A stretch of 32,000 nt of DNA from Nostoc punctiforme PCC 73102. Lineage in GTDB: Bacteria; Cyanobacteriota; Cyanobacteriia; Cyanobacteriales; Nostocaceae. Shown here piece by piece: positions 22,954-30,581 of this stretch. The notes under the pieces are model-generated. The model did not search any database. It saw only the letters and a list, made by a program, of their open reading frames with translations, and was not told the DNA's origin. A program made the position numbers and the translations under genes. Position 1 is the first letter of the stretch. Each line of letters opens with the position of its first letter. The stretch covers positions 8,160,001 to 8,192,000 of the forward strand of contig NC_010628.1 in the NCBI RefSeq assembly GCF_000020025.1, written 5' to 3'.

Positions 22954-23730
22954 TTAGCGGAAATTACCAGGTTTTAAGCGAACAGAGTTAGGCTGAGACT
23001 GGCGACGAACTGCTACTCCATTTCGCAAATTGTTTCCAGTACCACCATCTTGGCGATCGAGGAAAGGTTTTAGATTAATGCCACTTCTAGATGAACTAAT
23101 CCGATTATTGCCACTCCCTAAAAGTGTACGTCCTAAATTATATAATTCATTCCCTCCACTACTGCGATCGCCATAAGTGTTAACGGCTATAGTTTGCTGT
23201 CCGTTGTCAGCAGTAGTCAAGTTCTGAAAAATACTATTGCGGATTACAACAGGATCTTTTCCACGTGGTACTGTCAGCACAATTCTACAGGTTGGGTTAG
23301 CTTCTGTTGTGACGCAGACAATATTTTCGTTATTCTCTACAGATGTCTGGAGTTCTTGTAAGCCATCTGGACGATAAAGTTCTAAGCGACTGGCAATTGT
23401 TGCACAACGTCTTTGTGCATCCCAACCACCGCCCAAAGCCGCAGGTGCTGCCCAAGGAAAGAATTGTCCTGGTTGACTTTGTGGCTGATACATAACGGTA
23501 GACTGACCGTTGTAAGTCTGGCAGGTAAACCGAGTTGTACCGTCAGATGAGGGTGAAGGGGGTATACCTGTTGATGTGTCTATTGGGACTGATGAGCCAC
23601 CTGATGGGACTGTTGGCACTACTACACCGTCGCCAGTAGAGTCATATTGTGCCATTGCTACCGAATTGCCGAGACACAAAGAGAAACCCAGAATACCCAA
23701 AGACATAAATCGCAGTAGTTGTGATGACAT
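22954..23730 (-). CDS. Secreted COP23-domain (circadian oscillating protein 23-like) protein
   Basis: 258-aa ORF. Signal peptide MSSQLLRFMSLGILGFSLCLGNSVAMA, then a Pro/Ser/Gly-rich linker. The core has the COP23-like pattern F-x-C...G-x-x-T-V-M...F-x-W...W-x-x-x-x-R-C-x-x-I-(S/A)-x-R...I-V-C...C...L-T-V-P. The family assignment is recalled from memory, not searched. Confidence 0.6.
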   Translation of the reverse strand: MSSQLLRFMSLGILGFSLCLGNSVAMAQYDSTGDGVVVPTVPSGGSSVPIDTSTGIPPSPSSDGTTRFTCQTYNGQSTVMYQPQSQPGQFFPWAAPAALGGGWDAQRRCATIASRLELYRPDGLQELQTSVENNENIVCVTTEANPTCRIVLTVPRGKDPVVIRNSIFQNLTTADNGQQTIAVNTYGDRSSGGNELYNLGRTLLGSGNNRISSSRSGINLKPFLDRQDGGTGNNLRNGVAVRRQSQPNSVRLKPGNFR

Positions 23731-24057
23731 AAATCATCCTCCAGTAGAAATAAGTAGGGAATTGATAGTTTAAGTGACGAATAATTCTCTTTTTTGATTC
23801 ATTAAAAACAGTATTTTTTTTCTCCCTTGCTTTTTTCTCTGGGAGTACCTTTTTCACCCACCCTTGAATTTCTGCATAACGCTCTACTCCTTCATAGTTC
23901 ATTTCGTGCTGGAGCGCACCTAGACCAAAGGGTATTTTTCTCACTTTGATGAGGAATTAGCGAAATACAGATAGAGCGATCGCAGGTATTCTACAACAAG
24001 GTCGTATTTTGAGATGCGATACCTCCGGTGGGCAAAGCCAACGCACAGCAGTAAAAC

Positions 24058-24086
24058 ACAAAAAACCCCGGCGAAACTAACCGGGG
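24058..24086 (-). terminator. Rho-independent terminator for the Psb34-like gene
   Basis: The minus strand reads CCCCGG-ttagtttcg-CCGGGG followed by TTTTTTGTG (plus-strand hairpin 24066-24086, A-tract 24060-24065). Confidence 0.75.
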
Positions 24087-24141
24087 TAAGAGAGAGAGGT
24101 ACGAATGACGATGAGATACAGCGATACCGAAATTGAAAATC

Positions 24142-24312
24142 TTAGCTAACGCTAAAACTAATTAAAACTAAAGTTGTAACAATTAAAGTAGCAAAAAGAC
24201 CTTGTAAAACGTATTTACGTTGTTCCCAAATTGCTGGGTACTCGGCGTAGTAAACCTTGGGTTCAGCTGCGTAGTTATTGAGAATGCCGTCTTCATTTAC
24301 AGTGGTGTACAT
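24142..24312 (-). CDS. Small single-pass membrane protein, ssl1498/Psb34-family light-harvesting-like protein (not in the supplied ORF track, which omits ORFs under 60 aa)
   Basis: Hand translation gives MYTTVNEDGILNNYAAEPKVYYAEYPAIWEQRKYVLQGLFATLIVTTLVLISFSVS* (56 aa). The LNN(F/Y)AxEPKxY motif plus a C-terminal transmembrane helix matches my recollection of the Psb34 family. A purine-rich AGAAGAGA lies upstream of the ATG, and a strong terminator lies ~55 nt downstream. Confidence 0.6.
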   Translation of the reverse strand: MYTTVNEDGILNNYAAEPKVYYAEYPAIWEQRKYVLQGLFATLIVTTLVLISFSVS

Positions 24313-24526
24313 ATTTTTTTCTCTTCTTTTGTTTACTTATGTAACTAAATTTAACAGGATTGTTACGAAACGTCAAGAGGACTTGACAAAAAAGGGCTGA
24401 TTATTTTAATAAAAATAACTTATCAGGCATAGGGGATTGAGGCAAAGCTACCCCAGCCGCCGAAAATGTCATATATTACGCAATTTTTTAAATTGCAAAA
24501 TCTAAAATCCAAAATTGTATAAAAAT

Positions 24527-24615
24527 AGAACTTACGCAAAACTACACGCGGTAGGGGCAATTCATGAATTACCCCTACCGGAAAATAACGGTTTGGGCTA
24601 TTTTTGGCGTAAGTC
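24527..24615. repeat. MITE-like nested palindromic repeat
   Basis: The outer inverted repeat ACTTACGCAAAA / TTTTGGCGTAAGT encloses the palindrome GTAGGGGCAATTCATGAATTACCCCTAC (24551-24578). A further hairpin, AGAGACGCGAT-aaa-TCGCCGTCTCT, follows at ~24652-24677. Confidence 0.5.
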
Positions 24616-24739
24616 CTGAAAGAGTAGAGACAATACGGTTCGGTTAAGGCAAGAGACGCGATAAATCGCCGTCTCTACAAAGGACTTACTTATTAGACAT
24701 CTCCAGAAATTAATTATGCGTTACCTGAAACCCTTTTAG

Positions 24740-24790
24740 TGTCACTGTAACCATAAGTTTGCCGCTTTTGAAAGCATAACCTTGCCGCAG
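24740..24790 (+). repeat. Relic transposon end: two degenerate TnsB-binding-type repeats starting with TGT
   Basis: TGTCACTGTAACCATAAGTTTGCCGC + TTTTGAAAGCATAACCTTGCCGCAG. This parallels the live end TGTCACTTAAAGGATATTGTGGCCG + TTTTTAAAGCATAAAGTGGCCGCAG, which begins 3 bp further right. Confidence 0.6.
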
Positions 24791-24793
24791 GAT

Positions 24794-24844
24794 TGTCACT
24801 TAAAGGATATTGTGGCCGTTTTTAAAGCATAAAGTGGCCGCAGT
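24794..24844 (+). repeat. Terminal inverted repeat, tniQ-proximal end (two TnsB-site-like repeats)
   Basis: TGTCACTTAAAGGATATTGTGGCCGTTTTTAAAGCATAAAGTGGCCGCAGT. It equals the reverse complement of 30308-30358 except for G/C at position 34. Confidence 0.9.
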
Positions 24845-24878
24845 AGTAAAACCTTAGAGAAAGGCGAATAAATAAGAT

Positions 24879-26465
24879 TTACTGTGAAAGATCCAGTCTT
24901 ATCTGCCTTAAAACATCAATTACCTCAGCCTGCCACAGCAAAGAGGGATGAGGCATAAATTTTCTGAGATTTTTAGCAGTAGGGGTAATGCCTTGTGCAT
25001 GAAGTACTGAAGCGAGTTGGCGTACTTCTCGACAGCCTTGCTCAATAGCTAGTTTATGGACGAATTTGCGGTAATCTTTATAGCGTAAAGAAATAGCATG
25101 GCACACAATAGGGCAATAGTGGTAGAAAGTAGCCAAACCAATACCAGTTCTCTTAGCTATTTTTCTTAGAGAAGGTGGTGGATACTCGTCGCTAAACAAA
25201 GCTAATTCAAGTATGTCTCTGATGTGTAAAAATCTTAGCTGCTGTTGATATTCACTATATCTAGTAGCCAAAGATGCTGATAAAGATTTTGAGCAAGCAG
25301 TTAAACTACTAGGAGTTTTGAATCCTAAACGAACAGCTAATTGAGTTAAAGAAGGAGGTGGTTCTTCTTCTTGAGCTAGTTGCATCGCCTGAATAACTCG
25401 TTCGCACTTAGGACTACTATTTGAAGTAACTAAAGCAGACTGTGATGATAATTTTTTCTGTTTAGGAGCAGGTAGAGAAACTAGCTGCTTAAGAGTAAGA
25501 GGTAGTATTTTAAGTTGAAGAAAATCGACAAGATTAGTTGATAAGGCGTAGCAGATTTTCAAAAGTTTATCTAAATTTGGGATGGCTACACCTGAATACC
25601 AATGTAGAATTTCATATCTCGATAACCCAAGCCAACGACCAAAAGCGGAAACATTACCTTGAGTATATTGATAGACGTAAGCTTCTAGGATTGTTTTAAT
25701 AGTCTCTCTTGGAGGTGGACAAGGAAATTCAGGAGCTTGAGCAATTAAATCTCCTAAAGTCTTAACTATCCAAATCTCTTGCTGTAAATTGGGTATCTCC
25801 TCGAACAATCTCTTATCTGGCAAAGATACTTCATAGTTCATCCCCAACCAACCACCACATTTCAGACAAAATCCAGGTCGTGAGTTATGCCACAGGTGTA
25901 AAAATTCAAGGTCACAGTGAGGACATTTTGATTCTAAAAATCGATAATGGATGGGACAAATGTTAGCTGGTTTCAAAGCCCACAGCAGAGGTGAATAAAT
26001 GACTTGTTGATTATTTAACCAGTCTTGATAGCAATAAGGACACCAAGCATGAGAATGCTTGAGCAATCCCAAAACTGGGAAGACTTTTGCCCAAGGTAGC
26101 ATTGTCAAAAACTGTAAGTCAGTACGTTTTGTCAATATTTCTAGAGCAAAAACCAGTTGTTTAGCTCCAATTTGTGTTCCGTTTAAAGCTTTTACAGAAG
26201 CTTGTCCATACAAACTTACGATACTTTTAGAATTCAAGGGATTGGTAGTATGGTTATGCCCAACTATTGGTTTTATCTCTCTAGCCAATAAAGTTCCAGG
26301 CAATACGCTATGAGCTGCGGCTAGACGAGCAACATAGCTAGTCAGACTTTCAACATAACAAGTACCAAGTCCAATCGGTTCCAGATGAAACAACCGGCTA
26401 GGACTGGGAGTAAATTCTGGGTCTTTGAGCCACAATTCATCGTTAACCGCCATGTTAGTCATCAT
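24879..26465 (-). CDS. tniQ: TniQ-family target selector, TnsD-like (N-terminal TniQ domain with zinc ribbon, C-terminal HTH repeats)
   Basis: 528-aa ORF. TniQ N-terminus: LFHLEPIGLGTCYVESLTSYVARLA. Cys/His cluster: HAWCPYCY...CPIHYRF...CPHCD...CLKCG. Two HTH-like segments: PSLTQLAVRLGF and PSLRKIAKRTGIGLATFYHY. The size is typical of TnsD. The start overlaps the tnsC stop by 11 nt; an alternative ATG at 26453 lies 1 nt past the tnsC stop. Confidence 0.85.
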   Translation of the reverse strand: MMTNMAVNDELWLKDPEFTPSPSRLFHLEPIGLGTCYVESLTSYVARLAAAHSVLPGTLLAREIKPIVGHNHTTNPLNSKSIVSLYGQASVKALNGTQIGAKQLVFALEILTKRTDLQFLTMLPWAKVFPVLGLLKHSHAWCPYCYQDWLNNQQVIYSPLLWALKPANICPIHYRFLESKCPHCDLEFLHLWHNSRPGFCLKCGGWLGMNYEVSLPDKRLFEEIPNLQQEIWIVKTLGDLIAQAPEFPCPPPRETIKTILEAYVYQYTQGNVSAFGRWLGLSRYEILHWYSGVAIPNLDKLLKICYALSTNLVDFLQLKILPLTLKQLVSLPAPKQKKLSSQSALVTSNSSPKCERVIQAMQLAQEEEPPPSLTQLAVRLGFKTPSSLTACSKSLSASLATRYSEYQQQLRFLHIRDILELALFSDEYPPPSLRKIAKRTGIGLATFYHYCPIVCHAISLRYKDYRKFVHKLAIEQGCREVRQLASVLHAQGITPTAKNLRKFMPHPSLLWQAEVIDVLRQIRLDLSQ

Positions 26466-27594
26466 CTGAATTTACCCCTACATCATCTCTTTTAGGTTTT
26501 CTTTGTCCAACACGACCTTTTTTGAGTAGGGAATTTTTGGCTGGCATTTTTATTCCATGTTCTGTTGAATATTGCCGCTCAAAAAAACTGGATTCTTCTT
26601 GAAAGCGTTTAAATCCCTGTTGTGCTTCTTCCTTAATTTTGTTGATACGAGATGCAGAAAAAGCACCTAATTTAAGATGTTTGCTATTAAGAGTCCGAGC
26701 TTCTTCAGAATAGGCAACTCTCAAAGAACGAGTTAACCAATTCTTCAATAGCCCCACACAACCAACTGAGCCAGAAAAAAGATACTCATAGTGTTGTTCT
26801 AATTTTGGTTCTTGTACAAGCGGAATGTGGCGTTGAAAAGTTCTAATTACTCTAATAAATTCAGCAATATCTTCTGGGTTATCAGCTTGGTAAGGTAACA
26901 GGTGAATATCTTCGCTACGCCGCCCTATTTGCCCATTCAAGGTAGGACAGTTAAGCAGTTCATAAGTTCCAAATAAAATATGTACTGTACCAGTAAGATT
27001 AGCAATAGACTTAATCCAGTTCATTTGCTGTAACATCTGGTGTCCGCCTGCCATCATAAATAAATGCTGTGCCTCGTCTACAGTAAAAGCTTTTACCTGA
27101 CGATAACGAAATGCTTTTTCCATTGCTCGGCGTAATGCGGGCGAATCTTGGCGGTAAGCCCGATTTAGCAACCCCAAATCCTTTACCTCACCGTGAGGAA
27201 TTTCATAATCAATTTTGTATTCAATCAAAACTTCCTGAAGGGATTCTAGGGCGCGAGTGTAATAATCTTTATAGCTAAACTTTCCTTGTTCTGTTGGAAT
27301 AGCTTCAATACCAGCAACAGCAATTTGACCAGGATTTTGGCGTAATGAGGGGAGAAATTCGTAATTTAGCAGATTTTCCAGACGCAAGCGTAAGGTTGTT
27401 TTTCCTACACCAGTCACACCAAAAACTAAAAATACTAAAGTGTCAGCTGGCTCCAGAATATTAATTAATAAAGTATCTAAGGCTTGTTTGAGCCTTTGAT
27501 GTGGAATAGTGATACTTTTGAAATAATCAGTTTTAATTTCGTTCGGCTGTAAGAGAAGTTCTTCTGGAAAAGAGTGCGACTGAATTTTTACCAT
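26455..27594 (-). CDS. tnsC: TnsC/TniB-like AAA+ ATPase transposition regulator
   Basis: 379-aa ORF. Walker A is FGVTGVGKTT and Walker B is FTVDEAQH. The ATG overlaps the tnsAB stop (ATGGTAA). Confidence 0.85.
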   Translation of the reverse strand: MVKIQSHSFPEELLLQPNEIKTDYFKSITIPHQRLKQALDTLLINILEPADTLVFLVFGVTGVGKTTLRLRLENLLNYEFLPSLRQNPGQIAVAGIEAIPTEQGKFSYKDYYTRALESLQEVLIEYKIDYEIPHGEVKDLGLLNRAYRQDSPALRRAMEKAFRYRQVKAFTVDEAQHLFMMAGGHQMLQQMNWIKSIANLTGTVHILFGTYELLNCPTLNGQIGRRSEDIHLLPYQADNPEDIAEFIRVIRTFQRHIPLVQEPKLEQHYEYLFSGSVGCVGLLKNWLTRSLRVAYSEEARTLNSKHLKLGAFSASRINKIKEEAQQGFKRFQEESSFFERQYSTEHGIKMPAKNSLLKKGRVGQRKPKRDDVGVNSDDD

Positions 27595-30197
27595 AGCTCC
27601 TCTGTATTGTAAGCTTCTATTTTGGTTAAATCTATTAATTTTTTTGCTGATGATTTTGGCTTTTTAATGCTTTCTGAACCTGCCAAAATATTTTTATCTA
27701 CATCTTGAACATTAGCTGAATAATTGTGTTTACTTAATTTACTTTCAATAACTGAGCTTTTTTCAATTAAAACCCAAATATCTTGTTGTGCTAAATCATG
27801 TAAGCGTTGTAATAACAAAGTTTCTTGGGCTTCAGTTCCTTCTAAATATGTAGCTTTTTCTTGGGCAGATAGAGTAATTCTTTGAGCGTGTTTCTGCCTT
27901 TTTCGACGTAATTGTGTGCTGGCTATGTTCACTTCTTTTTCGGAACGATTTTGGAAGGATTTGTAATGTTCAGAAATACAGCGTATCCAACGTCCCTTAA
28001 CGTAAGCATAAGCAGTCCCCATATCAAAAGGGTCGTAACGAATAGGTACATTAGTTCCTTCAATTTCTGGTCTTATGAACGAATCATCAATTGACCAATA
28101 GTAGAGATAATTAATTTTCACGCCTCTACTTGGTTGAACTTTTGCAGTTCCTTTAGGTGTAGAAGGTAAGGTAAAAATCTTAAAATTATCATCATAAATA
28201 ATCTGTTTCTGAGGGCGATAACCACTTGAATTTAGCCCTGACATAAAAGTTTGACGTGGGCTTTGTCCTAATGTTGGATGTTCTCTGCAATCATAGAATT
28301 CGTAACAATATGAACAAAAGTTTTCGTAGAGTTGATCTAGTGTCCAAACAGCTTGATTTTTGGGATTATTTGATTTCGTGACTTGGCGGACATTCTTAGT
28401 AATTTGAGTGTTGCCTCTAAGATTATAAAAAAACTCTGTATTTGTAGTTCCAAAAATACGTTCAATAATTGAACCAAATCTGGCTTTCGCAGCTGGTCGC
28501 TGCTTTTTGGTACATTCAAAAGCCGCTAACAAGGTCTCAAAGTATGTACTACTAAATTCTGTCCCACCGTCAACAACTATTGTCTCTGGTAATTTCTCAA
28601 ATCGCTGTACGCAGATTCTTAATACCATCATGCAACTACGGTAGCTTGGCTCGTCAAAAGTTAGGTAAACTGCGAGAATACGTCGGCTGTAAGCATCGAT
28701 TAACAGAGTTGCCCAAGGTCTACCAAGAAGATAACCTGTTCGGGAGCATACTAACTCAATATCCAGTTGCGTATGGTCAATGTGTGCTATCTCAAATGGA
28801 CGGTCGCCATGACATGGTGTGGTTAATTTCAACTCCCAATACAATAAAGATTGTTGATAAGCTGCTCTGTTTCCCTTACGTTTTTTTGTTTGCCTATAAC
28901 CAGAACGATGTTGAATTCTAGAACAAAATGTAGCGTAGCTAGGCAGCTTATCTGTTAGACCTGCTTTCTCCCATTCTCTTGCTAGAATTCCATAAACAGC
29001 TAGTTTGCTTCTTTGTTGAAAAGTTTCATAATATTCTTCAATTATTTTGTCAATGAAATCTTGAGACGATTGAGAAATTCTGGGTAAGCGATTGCCTCTA
29101 GCATTAGAGTTATTTAGCAGCCCAATATAACCACATTTGTACGCCTTTTGTGCTGCTATAAACTTAGCCTTCCATCTGCGAATAGTACGTTGTGGAACAG
29201 TTTCTTTATCTCTATAACTGTCATTAAGATAAGGTTCAATTACTTCATATCTTCGGTTAGCTTCTGCCAAGTCTTCAGGACTAGCTCTCAAAAAACGCTC
29301 CATTGCTTTTGGAGACATTTTTACTTGATTATGAGTTTTAGGTTCCAGTTGATTGGGTTTAACATCTAAAATATTCAGAATCGTTCCATTATTCGGTTGC
29401 GATTTTATCATTTGTACATAAGCTACCGCGATTTCTTGGTCACGGAAAAGCTGTACTTTTTCTGGCTCTGCTAAGGGTGCGGCACTCAAATTAATGTAAA
29501 TTTTTTTTGTAGCTATTAAAGCATTTATGTCATCAGGATTGCTCTGTTGAGTATGAATCATTTCCCAATAACTTATGCCCGGATTTAAGCTAATTAACTT
29601 CACCAAATTTTCAGCTATTTCTGGGTCAATTTGGTAATCTTCAGTAGTATAGGCTTTGAGAAATAGTCGATTTCTGTATTTAATCCAATCAATTTCTGTA
29701 TCTAACCGAATTCGGTAATACAGTCCTAATTTTTCTGCATAAGCAACTGCTGGCAGGTTTAACCACTGCCCATCTTCTGAACGCATATAACGTTGTGATT
29801 GTTTAGCTGCTAATTTTTCTAATCTTGATTCTGGTTTCCACTCTTCAAAACCTGCACTCCGCTTCCGAATTACGAAAAAGTCTGGTATATGCGAAGCTTT
29901 GATTATTTCCCCACTGCTTGAGGGGAATTCTAGAGTAATTTGATATGCTTGGTCGTAGTATTCGAGTACATCTGCGTCTTCTTCGTACTCCTCTACACCT
30001 GGCAATTCAATTTTATGGGACTCAAATTGAATAGTTTTTCCCATTTTGCGACTGGCGTAGTCGCCCCGGACATTTATACCACTGCTTTTGACTCGCCGAA
30101 TTGGTTCAGAGGCACGGATTTGGGAAATTAATTGCCTAGCCTCTTGTGGTAAATTTACGCCGCGACACCAATCATTAAACTCTTGGTCGCTCAACAT
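27588..30197 (-). CDS. tnsAB: TnsA-TnsB fusion: N-terminal TnsA-type endonuclease domain fused to a TnsB/MuA-family DDE transposase
   Basis: The N-terminal ~130 aa carry TnsA-like motifs FESHKIE...HIPDFFV...FEEWKPE (E / D / ExK). The downstream DDE core has IAHIDHTQLD, VVDGGTEFSS and ERIFGTTNTEF. The ORF track starts at a GTG (30239). I prefer the ATG at 30197 (MLSDQEF...), which has GGGGG 6-10 nt upstream. That gives 869 aa. Confidence 0.85.
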   Translation of the reverse strand: MLSDQEFNDWCRGVNLPQEARQLISQIRASEPIRRVKSSGINVRGDYASRKMGKTIQFESHKIELPGVEEYEEDADVLEYYDQAYQITLEFPSSSGEIIKASHIPDFFVIRKRSAGFEEWKPESRLEKLAAKQSQRYMRSEDGQWLNLPAVAYAEKLGLYYRIRLDTEIDWIKYRNRLFLKAYTTEDYQIDPEIAENLVKLISLNPGISYWEMIHTQQSNPDDINALIATKKIYINLSAAPLAEPEKVQLFRDQEIAVAYVQMIKSQPNNGTILNILDVKPNQLEPKTHNQVKMSPKAMERFLRASPEDLAEANRRYEVIEPYLNDSYRDKETVPQRTIRRWKAKFIAAQKAYKCGYIGLLNNSNARGNRLPRISQSSQDFIDKIIEEYYETFQQRSKLAVYGILAREWEKAGLTDKLPSYATFCSRIQHRSGYRQTKKRKGNRAAYQQSLLYWELKLTTPCHGDRPFEIAHIDHTQLDIELVCSRTGYLLGRPWATLLIDAYSRRILAVYLTFDEPSYRSCMMVLRICVQRFEKLPETIVVDGGTEFSSTYFETLLAAFECTKKQRPAAKARFGSIIERIFGTTNTEFFYNLRGNTQITKNVRQVTKSNNPKNQAVWTLDQLYENFCSYCYEFYDCREHPTLGQSPRQTFMSGLNSSGYRPQKQIIYDDNFKIFTLPSTPKGTAKVQPSRGVKINYLYYWSIDDSFIRPEIEGTNVPIRYDPFDMGTAYAYVKGRWIRCISEHYKSFQNRSEKEVNIASTQLRRKRQKHAQRITLSAQEKATYLEGTEAQETLLLQRLHDLAQQDIWVLIEKSSVIESKLSKHNYSANVQDVDKNILAGSESIKKPKSSAKKLIDLTKIEAYNTEELW

Positions 30198-30307
30198 ATT
30201 GGCCCCCAAGCTTTTAAAGCCGCAACAAGCTCTTACCACAAATCTAGGCTTTCGCCAGTTAAACAGTCTTTTATTGATATAAATATTTATACTTACCAGT
30301 TCAGATG

Positions 30308-30358
30308 ACTGCGGCCACTTTATGGTTTAAAAACGGCCACAATATCCTTTAAGTGACA
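30308..30358 (-). repeat. Terminal inverted repeat, tnsAB-proximal end of copy 1
   Basis: Its reverse complement reads TGTCACTTAAAGGATATTGTGGCCGTTTTTAAACCATAAAGTGGCCGCAGT. Confidence 0.9.
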
Positions 30359-30449
30359 CAAATGGACTTACGACAGCTTGAATTTTTGGGGTTTTTAAGA
30401 GACAAACTTGCTACTTCAGGTATTTGAGGGTGCATAATCCCTTAACTTT

Positions 30450-30502
30450 CGGCACGTTTATGCTTGATTTTTAGACTTTCGGCAACTTTTTGGTTTCAAA
30501 GC
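30450..30502 (-). repeat. Two further degenerate TnsB-site-like repeats in the inter-copy spacer
   Basis: The reverse complement gives AAAAATCAAGCATAAACGTGCCGA and CTTTGAAACCAAAAAGTTGCCGA. Compare AAGCATAAAGTGGCCGC and TGAAAGCATAACCTTGCCGC of the live and relic ends. Confidence 0.45.
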
Positions 30503-30581
30503 CAAATTTTAAGGCTGCGATCGCCTACGGCGGGCGCTTGCGCCATCGCGGAACGTTAAATCAAGCCTTGGCGCTTATCCT

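Larger units (their letters stand above)
24794..30358 (-). mobile_element. Complete cargo-less Tn7-like transposon (tnsAB fusion - tnsC - tnsD-like tniQ), copy 1
   Basis: It has 5'-TGT...ACA-3' termini and 51-bp terminal inverted repeats with one mismatch. The three transposition genes overlap one another and fill the element. Only 85 bp and 161 bp of non-coding DNA remain at the two ends. Total length is 5565 bp. Confidence 0.9.

Noticed and set aside
23642-23944. 100-aa minus-strand ORF overlapping the 5' end of the COP23-like gene
   Set aside because: It overlaps the signal-peptide region of a better-supported gene in another frame, has no recognisable motif, and half of it is the out-of-frame reading of that gene. 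A short genuine upstream peptide cannot be excluded, but nothing supports one.
24313-24739. Search for a tRNA or other att-site gene next to the transposon
   Set aside because: I saw no cloverleaf-compatible sequence or T-loop (GGTTCGAATCC-like) motif. The region is built from palindromic short repeats. This was done by eye only, so tRNAscan or Infernal should confirm it.
30198-30239. GTG start at 30239 for tnsAB, as in the ORF track (MVRACCGFKSLGAN...)
   Set aside because: The in-frame ATG at 30197 is preceded by a G-rich Shine-Dalgarno-like GGGGG. The extra 14 residues would extend further into the non-coding end region, towards the TnsB-site repeats. The ATG start is more plausible, though this is unproven.
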